64,000 nucleotides of DNA from Zootoca vivipara (lineage: Eukaryota): the NCBI RefSeq assembly GCF_963506605.1, contig NC_083283.1, positions 58,652,001 through 58,716,000 of the forward strand, written 5' to 3'. Shown here piece after piece: positions 41,126 through 53,729 of the stretch. A model generated the notes under the pieces. It saw only the letters and a program-made list of their open reading frames with translations, ran no database searches and was not told the DNA's origin. Numbering within the stretch: position 1 is the stretch's first letter; each line of letters opens with the position of its first letter. Made by a program: the position numbers and the translations under genes.

Positions 41126-41195
41126 TCCTGCATTGTAGGGGGTTGAACTAGATGGCCCTTGGGATCCCTTCCAACTCTACAATTCTGTGATTCTA
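41126..41195 (+). mobile_element. CR1-type 3' tail fragment
   Basis: tcctgcattgtagggggttgaactagatg...cccttccaactctacaattctgtgattct. Confidence 0.75.
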
Positions 41196-41199
41196 TATA

Positions 41200-41396
41200 T
41201 GCAGTAGTTGCAGCTCGATTGGACTACTGTAACCTACTTTGTGTGGAACTGCCCTGGAAAACCATTTGGAAACGTCAATTGGTGCTGTGAAAAACCTGAC
41301 TGAGCCAAAGTATTGGGATCGTGTGTCCCCATTATTGTATGAGCTGCACTGGCTTCCAGTCCGTTTCTGGGTGCAATTCATGGTGCTGGTTATCAC
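41200..41396 (+). mobile_element. Degenerate L2 ORF2 fragment
   Basis: RLDYCN-like codons and the peptide VSPLLYELHWLPVRFWVQFMVLVIT. Confidence 0.75.
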
Positions 41397-43254
41397 CACA
41401 ACCCCTTTCCATCCTGTGCTGCCTGGTAACTTAGATAAAACTCAAGTATTCATGGGGTGAAATCAAACCCACACGAAAACATGCTGTTATTTCTCAAGGG
41501 AAAACGAAGAATTTCCAGCTCTTCACATGTAAGCCTGCTGAGAAGGGAGCATACTGAAAGCAAGCCAACATTAATCTGTCAAAAAAGGTTTCAGCCACAA
41601 ACTAAGGTGCCTTCTCAACCCTGTGCCTAAGACTTGCCTTCAGACTATGAAAAGCAAGCAGAAATATCATTTAACAAACAAGCCACTTGCTTACGCAACA
41701 TTTCTCTGTTGTCTGCCATACTGTAAATCCATGGAAACCATCCTATATACAGACATTTACCACAACACAAACAGAAATATTACACAAAATCCAGAAGCAA
41801 TGTTCAGTCTCTGAGCTGTGCTTCTGGGAAGGTTTTATAAAGTTTAGCTAGTGAGTAATACTTTTTTTAAAAAATGTGATTTTGAAGGTGGTCAATGTTA
41901 CATAGCATCAAGTAATTCCCCCCTTTTACTCATCAAACATACTTATGTGGCTAAACTAAAGTTCTTGCCATTTGAAACACAGGTTAATATAAACAAAGTG
42001 GTGAAACACTGTCGCCATTGTCAAGAAAACAACAACCCCTACCCTTAATTACATAATTTACATACACATATTCTCAAGATCTCTCATCAAAATCAAACTT
42101 TCCATGAAGATTTTTGGCTCAATTTCTTAGAACTCAACGCCCAACCAAAATGAACCTTAAGTATAATGGGCCTTTACAGATTGCCTTTGTGGCAGGGAAT
42201 TCAGTTTCACATGTACTGATGTAATATCTAAAGACGTGGCACCATATGGGCAAGGCCTCTCATACCAGTCGTCCTCACCTGAATGTGGCCTTCTCACCTG
42301 TAGAATGTTAAACCTATAAATGTCACAGCTGATGAAGCAACAGCTCTCATGCTTCTGCTGTAATCTATAAAGAGTGCCAGAGTAGATTTGATCTTCTTCA
42401 TCCCTTGTTTCCTCTTCCTCCTCTGTCTTTTTGTTACCCATGCCCCTCCCTTGCTTTCCTTTGTTGTCCCTTCATACTGCCACATTTCCTTGTTCAATCT
42501 CAATAAAAGGCCACATGCAATAATGGAATAGCAACATTTTAAATACAAAACTATGCATTTCCTCCAAAGCAGCTCAAGTAAACACACAATCCTCATCTCA
42601 GGTTGAGAAATGGTGACTGATACAAGGGTCACATAATGAGAAATCTCCACAGTTCTTGTGCAACGTTTTACCAGTTATGCCACACTAGTATCATTAAATC
42701 ATAATAGTACCACCAAATTCATCAAGATTTTGCAGAGGCATTAGAATCAGAGCTATTATTTGGCAGCAGGATAGATTATGGTGGTCACTTCTGAAAGGCA
42801 ATAGTTCTCATTTAACCCATGAAACAGATGAAATTTCTCAGAGGCAGAGCTACTGCATTTAAAAGGTACAGATAACATAGCATCACTAGTGTCTGGGCAT
42901 AACTGTAACTAATTGCAACCCAGATCCAACAGAGAGGAGGGTGTTCAATACAAGTCAGAGAAAATGATCAGTTTTGGCCTTCCTGCTCTTGCAGTGCTAA
43001 TAACCCAATTAATAATCCAACTGTTGAAATAAAAATAAAGGCAAATCATGTAAACGCCTTAAGGATCGTGGGTTGGGGATTAAAATCACAGTTTCCTAAA
43101 TAACAACACTTCATGTAATGCACTTGTACCTGCTTTCAATTTCCCATAGAACACTTTCGTCTAAAGAGTTATAAAGGATTAATACCAGGGATAATCCTTG
43201 CTGAAATCATAAAACAGGCAAACTTTCCTATGGACAAATTTTATTTAGAACAGT

Positions 43255-44789
43255 CACTTGCCATATCAAGCAGTCGGTACCCTACCTTTCCCACCCTGAC
43301 CTGGCCACAGTGATCCATGCGATGGTCACCTCCAGGCTTGACTACTGTAACTCGCTCTACGCGGGGCTGCCCTTGAAACTGTCCCGGAAACTCCAGCGGG
43401 TGCAGAATGCTGCAGCGAGGCTCCTCACGGGAACCTTGCCATGGGTGAGCTTATTCACCCATGCTTTACCAGCTGCACTGGCTCCCGGTGGAGTACCGGG
43501 TCAGGTTTAAGGTGCTGGCTTTGACCTTTAAAGCCCTACGCAGCCTAGGACCCTCGTACCGCAGTTTTCGCCCCATGGGACGCACCTGACCATAGGACGC
43601 ACCTAGTTTTTTAGAGGAGGAAAACAAGAAAAAAAAATATTTTGCTTTCTTGAATTGTCCTAGGCATAGCAGCCAACTCCTAGAGGCCTAGGTGCCTTTG
43701 CCCCTCCCCCCATTAAATATTTGAGGAAGCTTCTTTTGCAAAGGGGAAAAGCTCCATGGGGGGGGGGGTCAGCTCACAGTTGTGCATCTTTTTTGCAAAG
43801 GGGGGAAGCTCCATTTTTTAAGGATCAGCTCAAAGTTGTTGAGCTTACCTTGCAAAGGGGAAAAAAATCCTGGTTTGATGGGGTTCAACTCACAGTTCTG
43901 CAGCTTCTGTAGGAAAGGAAAGGGACCCATTTCTATAGTTTCCAGACAGATAATCTAATCAGCCAGTCACATGTGCTGGGGAAACAAACAGCCTCCCTCT
44001 GCAGACAACAATTGAGGCCTGGGCAAGGGGCCTAGCTAGCTCCCTTATCTCCCTCCCCGATCTCTTGCAATCAGCTGCTGAGCGGGTTCCTTTCAACACT
44101 CTCTTTCCCTCTTGTTCGCCTTTTGCTCTTTCTAAACAAAACAAAACAAAACAAAACCACGACCTGCCTTTCGCCCATGGGCAATTCGGCTCCAGGGACC
44201 ATGCATTTGCTCCATAAGACGCACAGAATTTCATCTTACTTTTTAGGAGGAAAAAAGTGTGTCTTATGGAGCGAAAAATACGGTACTTATGGACCGCTTC
44301 TCCTGGCTCCTGGTATGTCCCGCAGAGGACCCTAAGGTCCACAAATAATTACAGCTTAAGAGTCCCAGGCCATAAAGAAGCCAGATTATCCTCCACAAGT
44401 GCCAGGGCCTTTTCAGTGATGGCACCAACCTGGTGGAATGCTCTGTCCCATGAGACTAGGGCCCTGCGGGACTTGATCTCCTTCCGCAGGGCCTGTAAGA
44501 CAGAGTTATTCCACCTGGCCTTCAATTTAGCCTGATCCTGCATTCCTTTTTCCCTTCCCTTTTTTTATGAAGAAACCCTTCTGGGTTCCCACATTAAAAT
44601 TATTCCCTGGTCTCCTTGCTGGCCTTAGCAGGATTAACTTGGCCAGTTAGCCCTGGCGATGCTATATTGATGTTGTATTTTATGCTGTTTTAAGCTGTTT
44701 ATTAAGTCGTTTTTAATCAATGTTTTATATTTGTTGTTAGCTGCCCTGAGTCCGGTTTCTAAACCAGGAAGGGTGGGGTATAAATAAAA

Positions 44790-44832
<43 letters not shown>
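43255..44832 (+). mobile_element. L2 LINE 3' portion, interrupted by a TcMar element, ending near an (ATT)n run
   Basis: IHAMVTSRLDYCNSLYAGLPLKLSRKLQRVQNAAARLLTG; resumes after the insertion as YVPQRTLRS...RAFSVMAPTWWNAL...FRRACKTELF. Confidence 0.9.
43559..44283. mobile_element. TcMar (pogo/Tc2-like) non-autonomous element nested in L2
   Basis: TA|CCGCAGTTTTCGCCCCAT...ATGGAGCGAAAAATACGG|TA; removing it restores the L2 sequence ggaccctcgTActta. Confidence 0.87.
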
Positions 44833-46442
44833 GATGGCACTCCAAGGTTGCCAGAACATATTTCAATTATTTATTTAGAGGGTTTTCAGCTATAAAGTAA
44901 GTACCATTTGAAAGTATGCAGGCAAAAGGTGAATTCCACTCTACCTTTCCAACATACTCTTGCATCTGATGTTTTAAAACACACTAGCATTTGAGCAACC
45001 CTAGGCAAGCTAATATTTCTCATGCGTTTTCACACCGCAAAGCCACTAAAGAGTTCTACACACAAAACTGCTATTATGAACAAGCTTGTTTAAAAGAGTG
45101 CCTGTGGCTGTTATCATTTGCCAAGTCTTGTGGAGATTTTCTCTGTGCCATCAATAATCGACAAAGGAGGAGATTCTGACCTATGCTCATAGTTAATAGA
45201 ATTTATTTAATGTCACAATCTAAGGTAGCCTTATTGGTTTATAGTATAACCTCTGGTAAAAATATAGCTTTACAGTACAGTGTATGCTTGTTTTTGTGTT
45301 GCACAGTAGTCTTCATGGCTACCTAAATTAATAATAGTCCGAAGTCTGCAAATACATTTGTTTTTCCCGAAGAGCCATTAGGAAGCATTACATGGGATAA
45401 TGAAAAAGAACAAACCCTAATTCTTCATGCTGTCCTGTGGAGCTTTAAGAAACCAACAGACTGGTATCAAAATATTTATCTTGGCGTTAAGTGTTTCTAC
45501 ATTAGCAGAGTCAGCAGCCAAGTCCTGAACATTTTTAATATACAAAAGGGAGCACAAAGCAAATTTTAAGTTAACCATCTTGAGAAGGCATTCCTGTTCA
45601 ATCTGGTATATCAGAACTTTTGGGGCCAAAAGTATGAGAAAGGGGTTGGAAGAGATAATAGAATAAAATAAGCTACCCAAGTTAACTTAAACCAAGACAT
45701 CACATAAGGTAGTGTTGTTTAGTGAGTACATTTTTTAGCCTTCTGCACAAATAACTTCAGAGAATATTACAATAATAGAATCAATTAATAAAGAAATTAC
45801 TTGCTGGGCAGAGCATTGGTCATCCAGTTATCAAGTGGCTATCAAGTGTGTCACTCAGGTCTTGAGTGTATAATGAAAGCAGAACTACATTTATTAAATA
45901 AGGCACTAAATGATCTTCAGCAAACACTACAGTAAAAAAATATTTTGGATTTAATCAAAAGCAAATACTTGCACTGCCAAGTACAAACAGGCTCCCTCTT
46001 TGTTGACCTTCCTTCCATTATGCCGAACAACATGTCACTTAAAGTCTTATGGGACTTCAACAAAAGACAGTGAAACAATGCCATGATATATAAATTGTTT
46101 AATGCTACGCCAGTTAAGAAAAAGGAAAAAAAGTCAAAGCAAAAAGAGCCCAACGTTGCTGTATGTCAAAAAAGAAACCCAAAACAAACTTTAAACAATG
46201 GTAAAGAATAAGACGGCAGTATTTCAAAGCAAGAGGATAAAGGGTTAGATATACCGAACCTTACATTGTCATCAGGAAGTTCTTAGTAGGAAAAGCTCTA
46301 TGGGAATGAAAATCAAAACTTTGTAGTTTTCTTTTCTGGTGAAGCAAGTAGCAAAGCCCACACAGAAAAGGGCATGTGATTAAGATCAATAATTGAACCT
46401 TCTTTTCCCGGGCCTTTGGCTACTAAAAACAAACCAGACAGA

Positions 46443-46590
46443 CATAGAACCATAGAGCTGGAAGTAACCCTGAGGATCATCTAGTCCAACCCCCTGAAAT
46501 GCAGGAATATGCAGTTGTCCCTTATGGGGCTTGAAGCTGCAACCTTGACGTTATCAGAACCAGGCTCTAACCAACGGAGCTATCTACGGC
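46443..46590 (-). mobile_element. tRNA-Ile-like headed SINE with CR1-type tail
   Basis: Minus strand reads tagctccgttggttagagc...ctgataacgtcaaggttgcagcttcaagcccc, followed by ttcctgcatttcagggggttggactagatgatcc...ctatggttctatg. Confidence 0.75.
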
Positions 46591-47677
46591 CTTACTGGAA
46601 ATTAAACAACCCAAGTATCTAAGAACATCACCTGATGCATTTGCTTTACTAATAAATTTACAACACAATCATACACATGCTGACTCAGGAGCCCCATTAT
46701 GTTCAAGACAGCTTACTACCAGGAAGAATGACCACAGATCTGTAAGACTGCACTTCTTAAGTGCCCACAGTATTTGTCCAAAACAGGAGGATGGGGAGAG
46801 AACCAAAACACCTTGGCCAAGCCCCCAAGACCTCCTAATAGTCGTATCAGGTCCAGTGGGCACCAGCTGCCACAGCTAATGCGTTCAGATAAATTCTGGA
46901 TATGTTTATCTAGCAGACACGTGGAGAGGATTGACAGTAGAATGATACGGTAATGCACAGCACTTCAGCACATGTTACCATTCCAGCTTTCATTTCAGCT
47001 AGAAAACTACAAGAGAGTGAAGTTTTGTTCCCCCACAAAATCCTATCTTTGGCCTTTGCTGCAGCTACAGTGGAGCTGGGAAGACAGAGGTTCAACGGCC
47101 CTTCCAGATGCCCTTGACTTGGTTACGGTGTTGCCACTCAATAACTAGGCAGCTTAGAACCAGATAACAAAGTGTTAAGAGAGTCTACAGTCAACAGCAT
47201 AATGAGATTAGAATTTTAACTTCCTTATGCAACTTCTATTGAATTGTTTATTTATTAAATTTCTATACCGCCCTTCATCCAAGGATCACAGGGTAGTTCA
47301 CAATATAACAATTAACAATGTGGCAATATGCTTTACTGAATAAAAAAAGGCTGAACAGTTTCAGATTTCTTCAATAAAAGCCACTGGTTACAGACATGTT
47401 ACACTTGTGGCTTATATGGAGCAATTCCCGTATGTCTGCCTGATGCTGATCATCTTACAGTACTATGGACGGTCTTTTTGTGATTTTGGTATGTTTAGCA
47501 CAGCCTTCCCAACCCTGATGTTGTTAGATCACAAGTTTCATTATCTCTAACCACTGGCCATGTCTGCTGGGGATGATGGGATTTCTTAGCAAATACTACT
47601 ATATACACACTGATATAAATTGGATAGATCAAACCAGATTGAAGTTTTTTTAAAAAAAGAAAACAAAAAAAGCCTAC

Positions 47678-47781
47678 CTTGAAAGGATTGTTTGGCTCTG
47701 TTTACCAGTTCTTCAATAGGATAACTTGCTAGATCTCCTCTGGCATGCTTAGTTTTACAGTAGGTACATGCATTCAAACAC
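47678..47781 (-). CDS. CDKAL1: CDKAL1 internal coding exon (104 bp) encoding the radical-SAM CxxxCxxC motif
   Basis: Translates to (G)[34 protein letters not shown]. Acceptor tAG at 47784-47782, donor GTAGGC at 47677-47672. Splices in frame to exon 317-483. Confidence 0.97.
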
Positions 47782-50323
47782 CTAGGGAGGAAGTAGAAAG
47801 CATTACTTTATAAATCAGTTCTCCCTAACCCCACAATATATTGATAAATGCAGTTGTTTAAGCTTCAGCATTACTGCCAGATTGCCTTCTGCTGGCAGTG
47901 GTAAAGTCTAAAAGAAGTACTTGAAGAAATACAGAGAGTCTAAAAGAAGTATCTGGAGAAAAAGCAGGTAAGCAGGTACCACAACTTTTTAAAATGCACA
48001 GCTGAAAAGTCTGCTAGATGAGCACAAAAATAATTTGCAACAGATCTTGATGTTCATTGTACTGAAAATGAACCTATCTCCCCAGTAAGCCATTCTAAAA
48101 TTTCATTTTCCCCACACCAGTGAATGGATTTTAATCTGGTTAATATAAGGCTATTAAAAGTTAAGATGCTCAGTGCTGGTAAGCTTCTTCTTTTAACTCA
48201 GGCCAACAGCTGAATAGCAATACTTCTCTTGCATTTTTTTCACTTAAATTCTTTCCTTATACTCCAGTTTCATAAACTTCCATAAATATTATACGAAGCA
48301 GAAAACCTACATCAAGAAGGGAAAATAATGTCCATTCATGTTTGTAGGGATAGTAAACCTGCTAAAAAATTACTACTTCGGTAAAGGTACCTGGAGTTAG
48401 AAATGGTAAATATGAGGCGTGAACAAGATTACGAAGTTGTATGAATTAAGACAAAAAGATACATAAAACCACAATAGAAAGTAAAATAATAGTTGATTCA
48501 CAATACAGCAAAGATTACACAGCACCATATTTTCTAACACCACTTTCCTTTCAACATTTAAACTGAACTGAATCTGAAGTGATATGCCTCACAGTTGGAA
48601 ATCAGAACAACTATGACAGAACAGGGAAAAAGACTTCCCCAAAGTATGGCTCTCATCTGGAGAAGAGAATGAAAACAGACAGTCATAGAGACATTAAAAA
48701 AGATAAAGTGCTTTTTGGAGAAGGGTAATCAAAGAGCTCAAATTTTATAAGCCAATTACAGCCCTCAGAGTGCATTTAGGTGCCCACTTTATCCATCTCT
48801 GCTTGTAGAAACCAATGGTACGCAACAGATAAGAAATTGGTTCATTTCCAATCCAACTGGAAGTAATATGCAATTACACAACTGAATTTGTGTCAGGGCC
48901 TGGGGCCTAATACTTCACTTACTGCTGCAGGCTTAAACAAGTCATGCGATACACAGCACCCCAGAGTAATGCTGTGTTCCTGATATAGCAGTGCAACTAA
49001 TGCATCACTGCTGACTCAAACAGAAAAGCCATCCATCAAGGGTCTCTGGAAGATTGCGCCCTCTCTCTCCTAGGTAGACGGTCACAGCAAGGGGAAGTCT
49101 TGCTTAGCTAAAGTCATCAGCTTGAGAATGAACAGCTTGGGGGAGCAAGCTCATCTCTTTTTGCTGGAAAGAACTCTGCTCTAACTGGGGCCCAAGAAAC
49201 ACCAGTGAAAGAAGATGCATTTGGCTCCCACTGGATGCAAATATATTTTAACGTTTTGTTCTGACATTATCCAACTGATTATTTCCATTCCCTCCACTCA
49301 CCTTCTGCAATGGCTCATATTTTTTAGATCATAAGCCTGAGGTGCTTTATAAATAGCACCAAAATTGTAAAGTTTTAATACAGCAAGACAGTGGATTAAA
49401 GAAAAACAAAACATAATTAAAGTAAGTAAAGAAATACAAGGATTTGGAAGATGACAGGCTACACGAATGTCTCTCAGGAGCTTGAGTCCTTGCTTCAGAA
49501 GCTGATGGGGAAGAGAATGAAGGCATTTATTGTAAACATATAAAAAAGAAAGGTGGTGATGAAGGCTGTCTTTATGCAGAACAGATGGACTAATTGACAT
49601 TTCAAAAGCAAACTTCAGCTCAGACCAATGGGAAAAAACTAAAGACCACACAGATGTGATACTATCAGCAATCCTCTCAAGACAGCAATCTGGGAACTGC
49701 AACTGTTACTCAGAAGCAAAAATATAGCAAAAGGGACTGCTTTGGCTGCCTAAAACAAACGGCTGATGCAATTTCTATTTTGTGGCTCAGAATTATTATT
49801 GACAAGTAGTATAACTGTGAAGTAGCATAGCACAGAGGACTGGACATTGACCAGAGGGACCAAAGCCCCAACTCATTAGCATACTTCAAATTTGTACCTC
49901 TGGTTCACTGTCCCGTGTGTAAAGAATAAATTTTTATGATAGCTTGGATGTTGTGATGACAACGTATCTTAGAGAGACAGAGATGGTTGAAAAAGAAAGA
50001 ATCATATATTTGTATTTAAAGAGAATTACGTATCTTAATAGTATTACTTGCTCTGCTTAGGGCTCAAGCTACACAATGTGATATAAAAGATGCTTTACAA
50101 TTCATAAAAGCACCAAACATTCCTTAAAAGCTCTAAGTGACATTTATGATGAAGACACTTGACCTTATTCTAAGACAGGGGTGTCAAACTCAAATTCATC
50201 GGGGGCCGCATCAGCAATTTGGTCACCCTCAAAGGGCCGGTTGTATCTGTAGGACTATGTGTCCACTCTTTATTATCATAAATTATTGTCACTTTTAAGC
50301 AGAATAATAAGCAGACCCCCCCT

Positions 50324-50525
50324 ATCATAGAATCATAGAGTTGGAAGAGACCACAAGGGCCATCCAATCCAACCCCCTGCCAAGCAGGAAACACTATCAA
50401 AGCATTCTTGACATATGCCCATCAAGCCTCTGCTTAAAGACCTCCAAAGAAGGAGACTCCACCACACTCCTTGGTAGTAAATTCCACTGCCGAACAGCTC
50501 TTACTGTCAGGAAGTTCTTCCTAAT
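50324..50525 (-). mobile_element. CR1 LINE 3' end inside hAT copy B
   Basis: atcatagaatcatagagttggaagagaccacaagggccatcc...ctcttactgtcaggaagttcttcctaat. Confidence 0.85.
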
Positions 50526-51527
50526 ACTGTTGTGTTAGAAAAATCTGGAGTACTGTATAATGTCCAGATCTCACCCTCATCCTTCAAGCAACTCCAACAA
50601 TGAGTCCAGCTGGCAAACATTCACAGAATTCACAGAAACATATAAATAGAAGGAAACAGTTAGTGCTGGACTTCAGCTCCCATCTACAGACTGCTGTTAA
50701 CGTGCATGAATATTAAAACATGTTGTGCATATTTATTTATGTGTTGCTTTGATATCCCACCTTTCTTCCTAGGAGCGGTATCTACCCGAGATTCATTTTC
50801 AACTGTTGCTAATATATTATTGACCGAATCTAATGTTTTCTAAACAAAGACAACAAAAATCACCCTCTTTGCTTAAAAAAAAAATTGGTGCAGGACAGAA
50901 TTATTGCAGAGGCTTAACTGAATACTTATTGGGAACGCCTGAAGAGCCTTCAACAATCTGCAGTGGCGGGTTGCAGGAGAAATGTCATTCTTGGGGGCAA
51001 AGGAGAGATGATTCTGGGGAGCCCCTCCCACCTTTGGTCGGGACATGCTCTGCGCAGAGCTTCTGAAAGAGGGCGCACGGCAGACTACAACTCCCGTCAG
51101 CCAGCGCAAATAGAATTAAAACAATGTATTGAAAAGATCTATTAGAAATACAGATAATAGCAACAATAAAAATACCACAGCGCTAGCCCTTTCCTCAAAA
51201 CACAGTCAGTTCCCATCTGCCAGCAGGGAGGGAGCCCATCTAGCTTCCCTAGGCAGGGAGTTCCAAAGTTCTCTGGGAGGACTACAGACCTTTTTTGAAA
51301 AATGAAAGCTCAGCGTCTGGGGTTGGGGAAGAGGTTGGGTTGGGGCAGCCATGGAAGGAGGCTCCGCTTCACGGGGGTCTGTCTGTGGCTGCTCAAGAGG
51401 GAGGCTTGGAGAGGGGGATTTATTTGGACAGCAGGTTTCAGAGCTCCAGCAGGTGCCCCCAGCAAAAGGGTTGCCCTTTGGCTTGATGGGGAGGGCTTTC
51501 TCTTGCAGGGGATGAAAGACCCACAAG

Positions 51528-51529
<2 letters not shown>

Positions 51530-51571
<42 letters not shown>
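51530..51571. repeat. (CA)n microsatellite
   Basis: About 20 units, read directly. Confidence 0.95.
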
Positions 51572-51573
<2 letters not shown>

Positions 51574-51765
51574 CTCTGCATCGGTCATCTAGCCCAACCC
51601 CCTGCAATGCAGGAATCCTGGCAGCAACTCCAGGCAGGGCTGAAAGCTGGAGAGCTGTTGCTGCCAACCAGTGTTGGCTGCACTGAGGGAGATGCGCCCC
51701 AGCCAGCCAGCAGGATCCAGAACGGCAGCTGCGGCAGCAGCAGCAGGAGGAGGCCTGTGTGCTGT

Positions 51766-52572
51766 CCCGCCGCCCGGAACTGGCTGCTGGAGCGCGGAGC
51801 GCCCAGCAACTCAGAGCGCCGGGCGGAGCGCTGGAGCCAGAGGACTCGCCTCCGCCCGGCTGAGGAAGCCTGCCATCCCGGCGCCCTGAACCGGCTGCTG
51901 GTGCGCGCGCAGCGCCCAGCAGCTCGGAGGATCCAGCAGCGCCGGGCGGAGCGCTGGAGCCAGTGGACTCGCCTCCGCCCGGCTGAGGAAGCCTGCCATC
52001 CCGGCGCCCTGAACCGGCTGCTGGTACGCGCGCAGCACCCAGCAGCTCGGAGGATCCAGCAGCGCCGGGCGGAGCGCTGGAGCCAGCGGACTCGCCTCCG
52101 CCCGGCTGAGGAAGCCTGCCATCCCGGCGCCCTGAACCGGCTGCTGGTGCGCGCGCAGCGCCCAGCAGCTCGGAGGATCCAGCAGCGCCGGGCGGAGCGC
52201 TGGAGCCAGTGGACTCGCCTCCGCCCGGCTGAGGAAGCCTGCCATCCCGGCCCAGCGCCCTGAACCGGTTGCTGGTGCGCGCGCAGCGCCCAGCAGCTCG
52301 GAGGATCCAGCAGCGCCGGGCGGAGCGCTGGAGCCAGTGGACTCGCCTCCGCCTGGCTGAGGAAGCCTGCCATCCCGGCCCGGCGCCCTGAACTGGCTGC
52401 TGGTGTGCGCGCAGCGCCCAGCAGCTCGGAGGATCCAGCAGCGCCGGGCGGAGCGCTGGAGCCAGCGGACTCGCCTCCGCCCGGCTGAGGAAGCCTGCCA
52501 TCCCGGCGCCCTGAACCGGCTGCTGGTGTGCGCGCAGCGCCCAGCAGCTCAGAGGATCCAGCAGCGCCGGGC
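51766..52572. repeat. 123/128-bp GC-rich minisatellite (~6.5 copies)
   Basis: gaggaagcc recurs at 51862, 51985, 52108, 52231, 52359 and 52487. Confidence 0.95.
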
Positions 52573-53729
52573 GAGCGCGGGTGAGCGGCCGAGCGGCCGC
52601 ACGGGGGAGCGGCCGCGCCGGCGAGCCAGCTGGCGGGCCAGCGGCGGGCCGCGGGCCGCGGGCCACATCGCAAGGGCAGGCGGGCAGGATTTGGCCCGCG
52701 GGCCTTGTCTCTGACACCCGTGTTCTAAGACATCAGCAGCTGGTTCCAGAGTGGAGCAACCCCTGAAAATATAGCATTCTTTTAAATAAGAACAAATATG
52801 AGAGTATTTAGACTCTCCAAATTAATTTTTTGTGACTTGGGAGATTTACTGCAATAGCCCAGGTCTAATTAAGACTGTGCCAGGACTTAAGAGCTTAGGA
52901 CGAGGTATGACAGCCTTATGCAATAAAACATGCTAGGTAATGTCAACAGGCAGATATGTTGGCATAAGTGCTTAGAATTGCCGTGTATAAATTATCAAGG
53001 TTTAAATTCATTATCATTTTTAAATTCAATCATCATGCTTATGAAAGTGCACTAAGGGAGTCTGCACAATCTACATGGGCGGTGGGCAGGGAGACACAGA
53101 GACAAAACCCAGCCTAGGTTAGAAAGCACTTTTAATTATTTTACTGCTATGGCAATACCCACTGAACACACCATAAAGTCTGTCCCCACTCTCAATATTT
53201 ACAAAGAGCAGAAGGTTCTTTAGTTATAAAAGGTTTTCCATCAGTAGTGATCTGGGAAAGGACACTGTTCTCTTACTCTCCCAGGTACCTATACTGTCCT
53301 TGTTTACCCGTCCGTAGAATAATGCCTAATACTTTTCTGATAGTACTTGAACAAGCACCAGGCAGCATGCACAAGATGGAACAATTTTTAAAAAACAAAA
53401 ATCACCCACAGAAGAATTCATAACATTAATTACTGAAAAATTTAATTCCTAAACTAACAGAATTTTGATGTTAAGAAAAGATTTCAAAAACAAGAAAATG
53501 CTGCAATTCTGGCAATGCATAGATGCGCTATGGTAAACAAACCTGTTGGATAGTAGCTTAGGTCACAAATTAAGTAACAAATTAAGTAAGGAAGTAATGC
53601 ACTTCTAGAAATCCTATGCTGGTGTGGGTATACCTAAAGCTGGAGTATACTCTCCCCACCTCAATTCCATTACTGCCCCCTTTTCCTCCAGCCTACTGGA
53701 ACGATGGAAATCATAGGATTCTCTTACAG

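Larger units (their letters stand above)
484..47677 (-). other. CDKAL1: CDKAL1 intron (~47.2 kb, GT-AG)
   Basis: Canonical ends; the protein reads continuously across the junction (SFQ-EGVCE), so no constitutive exon is missing in between. Confidence 0.92.
50176..52722 (-). mobile_element. Cargo-carrying non-autonomous hAT element (copy B, inverted relative to copy A)
   Basis: CAGGGGTGTCAAAC...CTGACACCCGTG termini; perfect TSD TTCTAAGA (50168-50175 and 52723-52730). Confidence 0.88.

Noticed and set aside
51206-52717. 503-aa and 362-aa ORFs
   Set aside because: They arise from a stop-poor GC-rich 123-bp (41-codon) minisatellite plus (CA)n, are open in several frames on both strands, and show no recognisable domain.
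37978-52722. A composite macro-transposon carrying the CDKAL1 exon
   Set aside because: The outer flanks (TCTTAACA vs TTCTAAGA) do not match; each element has its own TSD, so they inserted independently.
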